DNA from: an uncultured Spirochaetales bacterium
GTDB taxonomy: Bacteria > Spirochaetota > Spirochaetia > SP-2023 > CAYRNA01
Direction: 5' to 3'
Assembly: GCA_964425555.1 (NCBI GenBank)
Contig: CAYRNA010000003.1
Coordinates: 1-61,635 of the forward strand
Length of the DNA: 61,635 bases
The notes under the pieces were generated by a model, which saw only the letters and a list, made by a program, of their open reading frames with translations, was not told the DNA's origin and made no database searches. Position 1 is the first letter of the stretch, and each line of letters begins with the position of its first letter. This document shows, in pieces, positions 19,749 through 29,516 of this stretch. Position numbers and translations under genes: made by a program.

Positions 19749-20969
19749 TTATAATACTCGCTTGCTGAAAAACTCGCTGAGCCTTTCTTTGAGTAATGCA
19801 ATTTCGTCAACATTGGGTAAAAATACCATGCGGAAAAATTGCTTGCTGGTCATATTAAAACCTGTGCCTTCGGTAATGAGAATATGCTGTTCTTTCAAGA
19901 GATCAAAGGCCCACTGCTGATCATCTTCGACATTGTAATATTTTTTGTCGAGTTCGATGAAAGCGTATAAACTGCCTTGTGGCGTGTTGACCGAAAGCCC
20001 AGGAATGGCGTTGATCGCATCGACCAATAAATTACGCTGTTCAAAGAGTCGCCCGCCTGGTTTAACCATTTTTTCTACGTAATACGCAGCCTGTTCTAAG
20101 GCAGGCTTCACGGCGTACTGTGAAAATGTGTTGGGCCCCAAGCGCATACCGAGTAATTTTTCTATATTTTCCTTGATGCGTTTTACTTCATCTTGCTGTT
20201 TGCCCTCATATTGACCTGTAATCGTTAACCAACCGCATCGATATCCAGGAGCAAAATAATTTTTTGAAAGACCGTTAAAAGTAAAAATTGGTATGTCATT
20301 CGCCAGTTGAGCAACGGGATACATTTTGTTGTCATCAAAAAGTATTTTGCTATAAATTTCATCCGCAAAAAGCAACAACTTATGTTCTCGCGCTATCTCT
20401 ATCAGTCCTTCCAGAATCTCGGCAGAATAAACACTGCCCGTAGGATTATTGGGATTGATAATGAGTAAAACTTTGGTCCGCTTCGTTATTTTGCTTCTGA
20501 TATCATCCAAATCGGGGAGCCAATTATCATGGGGCTTGCATTCATAATGACGCACTTTCGCACCCGCAAGTTGAGAGGCTGCTGTCCACAAAGGGTAGTC
20601 AGGCATGGGAATGAGAATTTCGTCTGTTTCAGATAAACACGCTTTTGTCACATTCAAAATGAGTTCACTGACTCCATTACCCAACATCACGTTATTAAAA
20701 TCAATATCAATATTATAGAGCCGTTTTTGCTCGTCGATAATGGCTTGGCGTGCCTCGATAGAGCCATTGCCGTGGGAATAACTGGCACTGTCATTGAGGT
20801 GACGTACAACATTATCTCTGATCTCTTGCGGCACTTCAAAGCCAAACGCTGGTGGATTACCTATATTCAGTTTGATAACGTGTTCGCCCTTGGCTATCAT
20901 TTCATTCGCTGATTGTGTGACCTTGCCACGGATGGCGTAGTATATTTGATCGAGAGTAGTTGCGCTCAT
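19749..20969 (-). CDS. class I/II PLP aminotransferase (AlaA-like)
   Basis: 406 aa with INPNNPTG and GLSKNYFAPGYRCGW motifs. Confidence 0.8.
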   Translation of the reverse strand: MSATTLDQIYYAIRGKVTQSANEMIAKGEHVIKLNIGNPPAFGFEVPQEIRDNVVRHLNDSASYSHGNGSIEARQAIIDEQKRLYNIDIDFNNVMLGNGVSELILNVTKACLSETDEILIPMPDYPLWTAASQLAGAKVRHYECKPHDNWLPDLDDIRSKITKRTKVLLIINPNNPTGSVYSAEILEGLIEIAREHKLLLFADEIYSKILFDDNKMYPVAQLANDIPIFTFNGLSKNYFAPGYRCGWLTITGQYEGKQQDEVKRIKENIEKLLGMRLGPNTFSQYAVKPALEQAAYYVEKMVKPGGRLFEQRNLLVDAINAIPGLSVNTPQGSLYAFIELDKKYYNVEDDQQWAFDLLKEQHILITEGTGFNMTSKQFFRMVFLPNVDEIALLKERLSEFFSKRVL

Positions 20970-21757
20970 TTTTTTTCCTTTTTAATCTGATTCCAATGCT
21001 TGTTCAACAGTACTTTATCATATTGTTTTGAAGAAGAACTAGGGGAGGGGGCATGGAAATATCCAGCGGCTTTAAAGCTTGCGTTAAACCGAGATTTGAT
21101 TTTTTCATTCGTTTTGATGAGTGCTAGACTAGGATCAATATCCATCTCATACGCCAAATTAATAACACTGAATAAAAGATCGCCTATTTCTTCTTCTTGC
21201 AATTCTTTATTTGGTGCTTGTTTTACTTCATCAAGCTCTTCTTTAATTTTTGTATAAATTTGCTCCGTCTCATCCCAAGTGAAATTCAACTTTGTCATTG
21301 TTTTAATAATTTCTTTCGTTAAGAAAAGGGGATCCGTAGCAGCTTGAAGGTGATCTTGAAAGCAATCATCGTCATTATTTTTTTTATCAGATTGTGCTTT
21401 CTCTTTATTTTTCTCTTCTTGCCAGATTTTTTTTACATCGTCAATATTATGGGCTTGTAAATCGCCAAAAACATGAGGATGGCGGCGAACAATCTTGGTT
21501 TGCACTTCTTCTAACACGTCTTGCAAAGTAAAATCACCCTGCTCTTCGCATATCACAGTCATTAAGCCAATGACTAAGAAAATATCACCAAATTCTTCTT
21601 TTAAATTATCTACATCATTATTATCAATAGCATGCAACACTTCATAACACTCTTCTAGCAATGCCGGTTTGAGCGAAATGAGAGTTTGCTTAATATCCCA
21701 TGGACAGCCAGAATCAGGATTTCTGAGTTCTTTTAATATTTGATATAGTTTATGCAT
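20966..21757 (-). CDS. mazG: nucleoside triphosphate pyrophosphohydrolase MazG
   Basis: CPWDIKQT, EECYEV, RRHPHVF and a second EELDEV/EEIGDLLF repeat. Confidence 0.85.
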   Translation of the reverse strand: MHKLYQILKELRNPDSGCPWDIKQTLISLKPALLEECYEVLHAIDNNDVDNLKEEFGDIFLVIGLMTVICEEQGDFTLQDVLEEVQTKIVRRHPHVFGDLQAHNIDDVKKIWQEEKNKEKAQSDKKNNDDDCFQDHLQAATDPLFLTKEIIKTMTKLNFTWDETEQIYTKIKEELDEVKQAPNKELQEEEIGDLLFSVINLAYEMDIDPSLALIKTNEKIKSRFNASFKAAGYFHAPSPSSSSKQYDKVLLNKHWNQIKKEKK

Positions 21758-21814
21758 AAGTAGACAGAATATATATTATCAGCATTTTTTAGCTCAGTTG
21801 TAATTTATCATGAT

Positions 21815-22612
21815 TTATGGTTTTGTAGTTGCGTTTGTCTGCTTATTTTCAACATTAATATTACTGACCGAACCAACAAAAATAGCCTGACTATCTGTTT
21901 CTGTTGTGATCACAGAAGAAGCAATAGCCACAGCCGCAATATTAATACTTAAAACGGAAGAAGATGTGACGCTAGGTAAATCATTATCAGAGAGACGATA
22001 TTTTTCATAAAAACTTTTATAAAAATCCTGCTTACCATAACTGCTATCCGTATAGTACACGGATCTCGCTAATTTGATCGTACTGGCGTAATTGGTGGCA
22101 TCTACATTAAAATCTACGACAGGATCTATATCACTAGGACTGGTCGATGAAACGAATACGTAGGCTTCTTGCAAAGCAGTAACCTCACCATCAAAATATA
22201 TATAAATATATTGATCAGGGAAATTATCCAGCGTTCCAATGTTTGTTTCTTGTCTTCGATTAACCGTTGTAAAAACACGTTTAAAATTCAAAGTGTTGAG
22301 TAAACGGTCTCCCGTAAAGATTTCATCATCATTATTGACGTCGGTACGAAACTGATCTGTCAGCCTCTGTTCATCATTAACTCTGGATGCACTTTGAGTA
22401 TTTTCATTGTAAATTTTATAATAAAGAGTATAAGCGACAGCTGAACTTGTCGTCATACGAAAAATAAGCACCGCATTCGTGGCTGGAAGCGTATAGTTTG
22501 CAGTAAAAACTTCAGGAGGTGACAATATAGTAAATGCAGGAATGCCACAACTGTATAAAAATAATGAGGAATAAAAGAAAAGGCTCAGCCTCTTTATAAA
22601 ATTTACCCTCAT
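21815..22612 (-). CDS. hypothetical lipoprotein
   Basis: Signal peptide with lipobox-like LYSC (Cys22). No recognisable domain. Confidence 0.5.
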   Translation of the reverse strand: MRVNFIKRLSLFFYSSLFLYSCGIPAFTILSPPEVFTANYTLPATNAVLIFRMTTSSAVAYTLYYKIYNENTQSASRVNDEQRLTDQFRTDVNNDDEIFTGDRLLNTLNFKRVFTTVNRRQETNIGTLDNFPDQYIYIYFDGEVTALQEAYVFVSSTSPSDIDPVVDFNVDATNYASTIKLARSVYYTDSSYGKQDFYKSFYEKYRLSDNDLPSVTSSSVLSINIAAVAIASSVITTETDSQAIFVGSVSNINVENKQTNATTKP

Positions 22613-22647
22613 TATTCTAACGTCCCTATTTTAACATGCAACCTATC

Positions 22648-23277
22648 TTATTGTATAGTCAATAATCTATCTTTTGCCAAATTAAAGTAAATAGAATCAC
22701 CATAATCATCAACAATAGACTGATAAAGAGTGCGAGCTTTTTCGACATCTTGCTCTTGCAACAATGTTGCATAAAGGTAGATGACTTCAGGCTGCAACGA
22801 ATTCGTAGACATATATTCTTCCGAATTAACCAGCTGTTCTAAATAACTGAGAGCCAAGTCTTCATCATTATTTTCCAAGGCAATAGAACTCAGATTGTAG
22901 AGAGCAATAGCAGAAATATAATCAACTTCTTTACCACTCACTAGCTTTTCTGAATATTCTTGAACTTTGGCTAAATCATTAGACTTTAAAGCTAATTTCA
23001 CAAGAGCCAGCGTCGCAAATCTTACAGTCGATTTATCTGAGCTTGTATCGAGAAAGTCAATTAAATCACTTTCCAATGCATCATCTTTTGCTTCTGCATC
23101 AACGCTTTCGCTTGATTCTTGTAAAACTAAGTCGACTCTATCTGATAATTTTTCCCAAACCAACCAGTCAGGACTCGCCTTCTTCTCTAAGTTTCTTGGC
23201 CATAACAGACCAATGATAAGAAGAATGAGAATCCCAATGGATGTAAATACGAGACCTTTTTTATTTTTAAAGTCCAT
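22648..23277 (-). CDS. membrane-anchored TPR-like protein (YfgM-like architecture)
   Basis: One N-terminal TM segment (LVFTSIGILILLIIGLLW) followed by helical repeat-like sequence. Confidence 0.45.
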   Translation of the reverse strand: MDFKNKKGLVFTSIGILILLIIGLLWPRNLEKKASPDWLVWEKLSDRVDLVLQESSESVDAEAKDDALESDLIDFLDTSSDKSTVRFATLALVKLALKSNDLAKVQEYSEKLVSGKEVDYISAIALYNLSSIALENNDEDLALSYLEQLVNSEEYMSTNSLQPEVIYLYATLLQEQDVEKARTLYQSIVDDYGDSIYFNLAKDRLLTIQ

Positions 23278-23285
23278 TATAAACC

Positions 23286-24989
23286 CTATTTTTCAGTCAT
23301 AAAATCCGCTAAAGTAGTCGCAGATTCGTCAGTATTTTTGTTATCATCTAAGTAACGAGATGTATCACGTTTTTCTCTCATAGAGCCTAATTGCTTCACA
23401 GATAAAGAAAGTTTTTGGTTTTCAGCATCTATGCTAATGATCACAGACTTGATGCTATCGCCAACTTGAAATTTTTCAATAGGATCTTCTCCATTTTCTG
23501 AATCAAGCAATTGATTTTTATGAATTAAACCTTCTATATCACCATCTACTTTAACAAATAAACCAAAATCAGTAATAGAACGAACTTCACCTTCCATTTC
23601 AGAACCCACACTGTATTTACTTACAAGATTTGTCCATGGATCATCAGAAAGTTGTTTGTAGCCTAAACGAATTTTATGCTCTTCGGCGTCAACTTCTAAC
23701 ACGACACATTCTATAGTATCTTCTTCTTTGAAGAAATGGTTGGCAGATTTAACACGTTGAGTCCAGCTCAATTCTTGTAAAGGTAAGAAACCTTCCATGC
23801 CGTTGGCCAATTCGATAATAGCACCGCTGTTCACAATGCGCATAACTTTACCAGTTTGCTTAGAATTAAGAGGAAATTCGCTTACCACTGTATCCCAAGG
23901 ATTTTCTAAAGTTTGTTTTAGTCCAAGAGAAATGCGCTCGCCTTCCATATCATAACCTAAAATAAGGCATTCAACTTCTTGATCAACACTTAAAACTTGA
24001 TCTGGATGATGTATTTTTTTGATCCAAGATAGTTCAGAAATATGGATTAAACCTTCTATTCCCTCTTCTAACTCAACAAAAGCACCAAATTTGGTCAATT
24101 TTGAAATCTTACCTTTGATTTTTTGATCTAGGCTATAGCGATCTTCAAACGTTTCCCAAGGATCATCTTTCATATGCTTGAGTGAAAGGTTGATTCTATC
24201 GTGATCGTAATCAAGTTTGATAACTTTTAATTCTAATTCTTGGTTGAGAGTTAAAAGAGAATCTATCTTTTTAACATGACCCCAACTAATATCATTAATG
24301 TGAAGCAAACCGTCAAAACCACCAAGGTTGATGAATACACCAAAAGGAGTAAAGTTTTTTACGTTTCCTTTAACAACATCACCGACATTAATGCTTTCAA
24401 AAAATGCTTTTCTTTTTTCAACTATGCCTTGCTCGAGCAAACCACGGCGAGAAACAACAATATTAAGACCAAGGCGACCATACTGAACTCTATCAACCAA
24501 GAAATCAAATTCTTTACCAATATAGTCTGCTGTATTTTCAACACGATATACGTCTAAAAGAGAAGCGGGTAAAAAAGCTTCTACTTCATCATCAATCTTA
24601 ACTTTAAATCCACCATTTACTTCTGCAATAATGGTACCTTTAATAGGAGTCTGGTTGACTTGATAAGCACTGAGACTGGCAAGAATGGTATTTTTGCTGG
24701 CTTCTTTTTTAGAAAGAATGGGCTTACCGTCTCTACCTTCTTTTTTCTTAAGAAGAACCTGAGTTTCTTCATTAATTTCTGGAACGTCTGTGAACTCTTC
24801 TAATGAAATCTCACCTTCAGCTTTAACGCCTGGAATGCTACAAAAAACGATGCCCGCTTCTTTATTCACTTGAGCCACTACTGCAGTAATGATAGCGCCT
24901 TCTTCTACGAGAACTTTGTCTAGTCCACCATCCTCTTGAGCGAGCAACTCTTCCATACTCAATAGTTCTAGTTCTTCATCTTTAGCCAT
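23286..24989 (-). CDS. rpsA: 30S ribosomal protein S1
   Basis: Six S1 repeats (GxV..I..FGAFV-type). Start set to ATG 24989 (MAKDEELELL) with GGAG 7 nt upstream; the ORF track extends to 25016. Confidence 0.93.
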   Translation of the reverse strand: MAKDEELELLSMEELLAQEDGGLDKVLVEEGAIITAVVAQVNKEAGIVFCSIPGVKAEGEISLEEFTDVPEINEETQVLLKKKEGRDGKPILSKKEASKNTILASLSAYQVNQTPIKGTIIAEVNGGFKVKIDDEVEAFLPASLLDVYRVENTADYIGKEFDFLVDRVQYGRLGLNIVVSRRGLLEQGIVEKRKAFFESINVGDVVKGNVKNFTPFGVFINLGGFDGLLHINDISWGHVKKIDSLLTLNQELELKVIKLDYDHDRINLSLKHMKDDPWETFEDRYSLDQKIKGKISKLTKFGAFVELEEGIEGLIHISELSWIKKIHHPDQVLSVDQEVECLILGYDMEGERISLGLKQTLENPWDTVVSEFPLNSKQTGKVMRIVNSGAIIELANGMEGFLPLQELSWTQRVKSANHFFKEEDTIECVVLEVDAEEHKIRLGYKQLSDDPWTNLVSKYSVGSEMEGEVRSITDFGLFVKVDGDIEGLIHKNQLLDSENGEDPIEKFQVGDSIKSVIISIDAENQKLSLSVKQLGSMREKRDTSRYLDDNKNTDESATTLADFMTEK

Positions 24990-24999
24990 TATAATTCTC

Positions 25000-25635
25000 C
25001 TACCGAATATCAACAATATAACTCTTCACAAGAGCATAAGCCCCGTCAAGACTAACATCTGTTGTGTCTATATATATTTTTTTATCATTTAAATTGTTTA
25101 TTTTTTTGTTCTCATCAGATTGATCCCTTTTAATCAGATTGTTTTTCAATTCATCCAAACTTTCGTTATCCAGAGATTCATTGAATCGGCGCAAAGCTCT
25201 TTGCTCAACATCCGCATCTAAATAAAATCGATAATCGGCGTTAGGGAAGACAACGGTCGTCATATCCCTACCTTCAACCACGAGCGACATACTTTGCCCA
25301 AGCGTCTGAAAGAATTTATTTAAGATAGTGCGAACTCCGCTAATCGAAGAAATACGGGGAACCTCAGAATCAATCTGTGTACTGCGGAGTTTCGTTCCTA
25401 GGTCAACATCGTTGACGAACAATACGCCTTCTTTTATGGCAAAAACCAAGTTATCACAGAGGAGAACAATGGCTTCTTCGTCATCTTGAGCGTTTAAATT
25501 ATTTTTGATTGCATGATAAGTGACGGCTCTATAAAAAGAACCTGTATTGAGATTCAATAAGTCAAAATCAAGGCTGAGTTTAGTTGCGATAGTACTTTTT
25601 CCCACTCCTGCTGGTCCGTCAATAGCTATAATCAT
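25000..25635 (-). CDS. cmk: cytidylate kinase
   Basis: IAIDGPAGVGKST P-loop. Classical cmk-rpsA adjacency. Confidence 0.93.
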   Translation of the reverse strand: MIIAIDGPAGVGKSTIATKLSLDFDLLNLNTGSFYRAVTYHAIKNNLNAQDDEEAIVLLCDNLVFAIKEGVLFVNDVDLGTKLRSTQIDSEVPRISSISGVRTILNKFFQTLGQSMSLVVEGRDMTTVVFPNADYRFYLDADVEQRALRRFNESLDNESLDELKNNLIKRDQSDENKKINNLNDKKIYIDTTDVSLDGAYALVKSYIVDIR

Positions 25636-26417
25636 TCTGCGTGGTCATCTCTTTTACTATCATTGCTATTAACATGATCGGTATGTTGTGTAAGAAATTT
25701 AATCTCACGAGCATTTAATTTACGAAATGTACCGAGAGCGAGTCCTCTCAGCGTAATAGGACCTATGCGAACCCTGTGTATTTTCTTGACGGGAACTTTA
25801 AAACTAAAAAAAACATTTCTCAGCTCTCTATTTTTCCCTTCAACAAGAACCAAATTCACGGTATGATCGCTGATGCGTGTGTAGCTTTTGGCTTTGTACT
25901 TTACTTTATTGTAGTAAACACCTTTTACAAACTGCTCTAACAGTTCATCAGGAATCACTCTCTTCGCAATTATTTGGTATTCTTTTTCTATCTTATGCGA
26001 AGGATGATTTATCGCTTGAGCAAAAGCCCCATCACTTGTAATAAGCAAGGCTCCAGAAGTCATATAGTCCAATCGTCCCAGAGAAAATAAGCGTTTGCTA
26101 TCTACTTCTCCAAAGGAATCGTAAACTAAACGGCGATTTTGACCTGTATCATCATTGTGCGAGGAAAGTGTGCGACTGGGTTTATGGAAAATATAATAGC
26201 TATCATCACGTTGAGCTCTGCGCCATCTAATGCCGACTCCGTTGACACGGACATCTTGAGTGATAAATACTTTTTGTCCTAAGTGAGCTTTAGCACCATC
26301 TACGGTAACAATACCATCAACAATCGCTTTTTCACTATGACGCCTAGAGGCATAACCACATAATGCTAAAAAATGTTGTAATCGGTATTGTTCTCTACGT
26401 TGGTCGCTTCGCGGCAT
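25632..26417 (-). CDS. rluB: pseudouridine synthase, RsuA/RluB family
   Basis: S4 domain (LQHFLALCGYASRR) and catalytic GRLDYMTSGALL motif. 4-nt overlap with cmk. Confidence 0.85.
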   Translation of the reverse strand: MPRSDQRREQYRLQHFLALCGYASRRHSEKAIVDGIVTVDGAKAHLGQKVFITQDVRVNGVGIRWRRAQRDDSYYIFHKPSRTLSSHNDDTGQNRRLVYDSFGEVDSKRLFSLGRLDYMTSGALLITSDGAFAQAINHPSHKIEKEYQIIAKRVIPDELLEQFVKGVYYNKVKYKAKSYTRISDHTVNLVLVEGKNRELRNVFFSFKVPVKKIHRVRIGPITLRGLALGTFRKLNAREIKFLTQHTDHVNSNDSKRDDHAE

Positions 26418-26568
26418 ATAATTAATAATTTCCTAAAAAGACGGTTTTGGTAGACCATCCATCTATATAGTAAATAAAAACATAAAAGAAGTAAAGCAAC
26501 TAGGACTTTTTTTAACTTTTATTTATCATTAGTAAAAAATCGATCTAGCAGAACATTAAGGATGAAAT

Positions 26569-27054
26569 ATGAAAGGATACGTACGACCGCACTGGGATGA
26601 CTATTTTCTTGAAATTTGCGAGGCCGTTTCTAAACGGGCAACCTGCGATAGAGGTCGCAGCGGATGCCTCATCACAAGAAACAACCAAATATTGGTTTCA
26701 GGCTATGTTGGTTCACCGCCCTCACTCCCCCACTGCGACGATGTTGGTCATCTCATCCGCTCTGTCATTAACGACGACGGAACGCAATCAGAACACTGCG
26801 TAAGAACAATACACGCAGAACAAAATGCCATTTGTCAGGCCGCAAAATATGGTATTTCGCTAGAAAATTCGACACTCTACTGCCGTATGACACCCTGCAA
26901 TACTTGCGCCATGCTCATCATCAGCTCAGGGATTAAGCGCGTAGTTTGCCAAAGAAAATACCAACGTTCAAAAAGCAGCGAAGACTTGTTCAGGCACGCC
27001 AACATTGAAGTCCATTACGACTCTGAAGAATGTCAAACGTACCCTAGTTCCTAA
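26569..27054 (+). CDS. dCMP deaminase (ComEB family)
   Basis: HAEQNAI and PCNTCA zinc-binding motifs. Confidence 0.88.
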   Translation: MKGYVRPHWDDYFLEICEAVSKRATCDRGRSGCLITRNNQILVSGYVGSPPSLPHCDDVGHLIRSVINDDGTQSEHCVRTIHAEQNAICQAAKYGISLENSTLYCRMTPCNTCAMLIISSGIKRVVCQRKYQRSKSSEDLFRHANIEVHYDSEECQTYPSS

Positions 27055-27068
27055 ACTCAATCAGTATT

Positions 27069-27542
27069 TTAGGACAATTTTTGTGGTAAAAGAGTTCGAC
27101 TAATATAATCTCGTACTTCTAAAAATATGCGAATGGTTTCTTCGTCAAAACGATTTTCTTGGGGAGAGTCTATATCGAAAACGCCCCAAACCGAACCATC
27201 ATCATTGAATATGGGCAAAACCAGTTCTGATTTTGAGTTGATATCGCAAACAATATGATTATCACAATGCTGTACATTGGCCGCAACTTGTAGCTCTTTT
27301 GTTGCATAGGCTGCTCCGCAAAGACCATGGGGAGGCACAATTTCAGCGACCGCAGGCTTACCCTGAAAAGGTCCTAAGAGAAGCGTTTTTTGAGTATTAT
27401 CATAAATATAAAATCCCACCCAATTTAAGTCACTTATTTGCTGATAGCAAACGGCACTAATATTAGCGAGACAAGATGTCAAATCCCCTTTTTTGGTATA
27501 AAAAACGACATCTTCTTGTATGGATTTTTTCATATTTACCAC
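27069..27542 (-). CDS. GAF domain protein (free methionine-R-sulfoxide reductase MsrC/YebR-like)
   Basis: 157 aa with NWVGFY, GPFQGKPA, HIVCD-type motifs. Confidence 0.7.
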   Translation of the reverse strand: MVNMKKSIQEDVVFYTKKGDLTSCLANISAVCYQQISDLNWVGFYIYDNTQKTLLLGPFQGKPAVAEIVPPHGLCGAAYATKELQVAANVQHCDNHIVCDINSKSELVLPIFNDDGSVWGVFDIDSPQENRFDEETIRIFLEVRDYISRTLLPQKLS

Positions 27543-27777
27543 CTTTTTCTTGAGCTATAGTATAATACATTATAGCGAATGTCCTCTCAAAAGTGTTTCG
27601 TCTTGGACTTTTAACGAGTTAGAATACACTTGTTGAATAGAAAAAACATTAATACTTCCTTTTACTAGAAGAAATAAAGGTTTTCTTATTAATACGGCTT
27701 TTCAATACTCACATGAATATCTATAATGGAGAAGAGTATTCATTTCCCATTTCAAGAAGAAAGTCGAGCCTATTCCT

Positions 27778-28446
27778 ATGCATTATAAATTAATGTCTTT
27801 ATTTTTGTTGTTTTTTATAAATCCTGTGTTACCAGCACAAGAGACTGCAAGAGCATTTTTCAATCAGGTCATTCAAAAATACGATACAATTAATAGCTTA
27901 CAAGCCAACGTTTATATCAATGTCAATTCTGATGCCATGCAAGGAAGATTACTTTATAAGTCTCCCAATCTGATGCAAATAAAATTTTCTAATCCTAGTA
28001 GACAGGTCATTAATATTAAACCCGATAAAATAGAAATCTACATTCCTGAATATGAAGCAAATTTCATTCAAAAAATCGATAAAAACAGCCCCCTTGTATT
28101 GAGCCCGACACGAGACTCGCTTGATGTTCTTGCCAGCCTTTATGGTATCAGCTACATCAGTTCTCCCGAATGGACTACAGTGGAAAACATACCCGTGCCT
28201 GTGAGACTTTTGCGTTTTTCACGACGCTCAGAAGATGCCGGCTTTAAGTCTATGACCTACACCATAGGCAATGATCTATTAATTTATAAAATAGACGCAA
28301 GAGATATTTATAACAGCCAATATTCATTACTTTTCAGTAATATAAATACCGTTGATGATATATTAGCACAAGAAATCTTAGATTATAAATTGCCGTCATC
28401 AAGCAATGATATTAATGATTTCTACTCGAATACTGAGGAGCAATAA
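27778..28446 (+). CDS. LolA-like outer-membrane lipoprotein carrier/sorting protein
   Basis: Signal peptide, then a LolA-like N-terminal pattern (FFNQVIQKY..INSLQANV...GRLLYKSPNLMQIKF). Confidence 0.55.
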   Translation: MHYKLMSLFLLFFINPVLPAQETARAFFNQVIQKYDTINSLQANVYINVNSDAMQGRLLYKSPNLMQIKFSNPSRQVINIKPDKIEIYIPEYEANFIQKIDKNSPLVLSPTRDSLDVLASLYGISYISSPEWTTVENIPVPVRLLRFSRRSEDAGFKSMTYTIGNDLLIYKIDARDIYNSQYSLLFSNINTVDDILAQEILDYKLPSSSNDINDFYSNTEEQ

Positions 28447-28449
28447 AAA

Positions 28450-29502
28450 ATGGACAGTATAGGAAAAATACTCAAGAAGTACAGGGAAGACAAAGGTTAC
28501 AGCCTCAAATATGTCATGGACTTAACCAATATATCCCAAGAAAACATTTTAGCCTTAGAAAATGAAAATTTTGACAATTTCCCCTCAGAATCCTATGTCA
28601 GAGGCTTTTTAAGAAATTACGCTCACGTCCTCGGTCAAGATCCAGATACGATACTCAAGTACTACGATCAATTTTTACTCAAAGACATAGAAATACCCAG
28701 CGTAGAACTTTGGGGCGTCGAAGAAAGAAAGAAAAGCCAATCTAAGAAAAAATATATCATAATCGCTATTTCCTTAATCCTCGTCCTCCTTTCTTTTGTA
28801 GTCATAAAAAAAGATGTTTTTGTTGATTATTTCGCAGAACGAGAATATCAAAAGGCACAAAATAGCCTTAGCTTGGATTATGCAGTAGAAAGTAATGCCC
28901 CCCCTCTTGAATTACAAAATAATTCTGCCGGTACTATCAATTTTGTATTGAAAGAAGACATAATAGCCAAAGCCGTATTTAAATTTGCAGATAATCAGTT
29001 GTCTGTGGAGCTTAATAACGCAGATGATTTCTCCATCGGGATTTTCATTGTCAACGCAGAAAACCCTAGTTATGAAGAGAAATTAGGACTGCTCTCAAAA
29101 GATTATATCATTAACTTGAATTACGCCAATGAACAAGCCACTCTAGTCCTGGCTCCAGAGATTCTTTTCGAAGGCATGGAAATCATTAATGAAACGACTC
29201 TTTTGTCTAGCTCTGTACCTACTGTTTACAATCTAAAAATAACTTCTTTAGCGCGAAACCAATGGCTTAGCTATCAAATTGATGGCGAAAAAAATATCAG
29301 CAAAATCCCCAAAATCAATACAACGACATCCATAGATAGCAATAAACTAATAACTTTAAGCATTGCGAACACAAATCAAATTAAATTGGCTGTCAACGAA
29401 AGAGAAATACAACTCGATAGCGACAATCTCGTCGGTTTATATAAAATAGGTTGGTATCAGACTGGATCAAGCTATTCCTTGCTACTCTTTGAATTACACT
29501 AG
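28450..29502 (+). CDS. RodZ-like helix-turn-helix membrane protein
   Basis: N-terminal XRE-type HTH (LKKYREDKGYSLKYVMDLTNIS), SYVRGFLRNYA motif, a single TM segment and an extracytoplasmic C-terminal domain. Confidence 0.6.
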   Translation: MDSIGKILKKYREDKGYSLKYVMDLTNISQENILALENENFDNFPSESYVRGFLRNYAHVLGQDPDTILKYYDQFLLKDIEIPSVELWGVEERKKSQSKKKYIIIAISLILVLLSFVVIKKDVFVDYFAEREYQKAQNSLSLDYAVESNAPPLELQNNSAGTINFVLKEDIIAKAVFKFADNQLSVELNNADDFSIGIFIVNAENPSYEEKLGLLSKDYIINLNYANEQATLVLAPEILFEGMEIINETTLLSSSVPTVYNLKITSLARNQWLSYQIDGEKNISKIPKINTTTSIDSNKLITLSIANTNQIKLAVNEREIQLDSDNLVGLYKIGWYQTGSSYSLLLFELH

Positions 29503-29516
29503 TCTAGTGCTATCTT

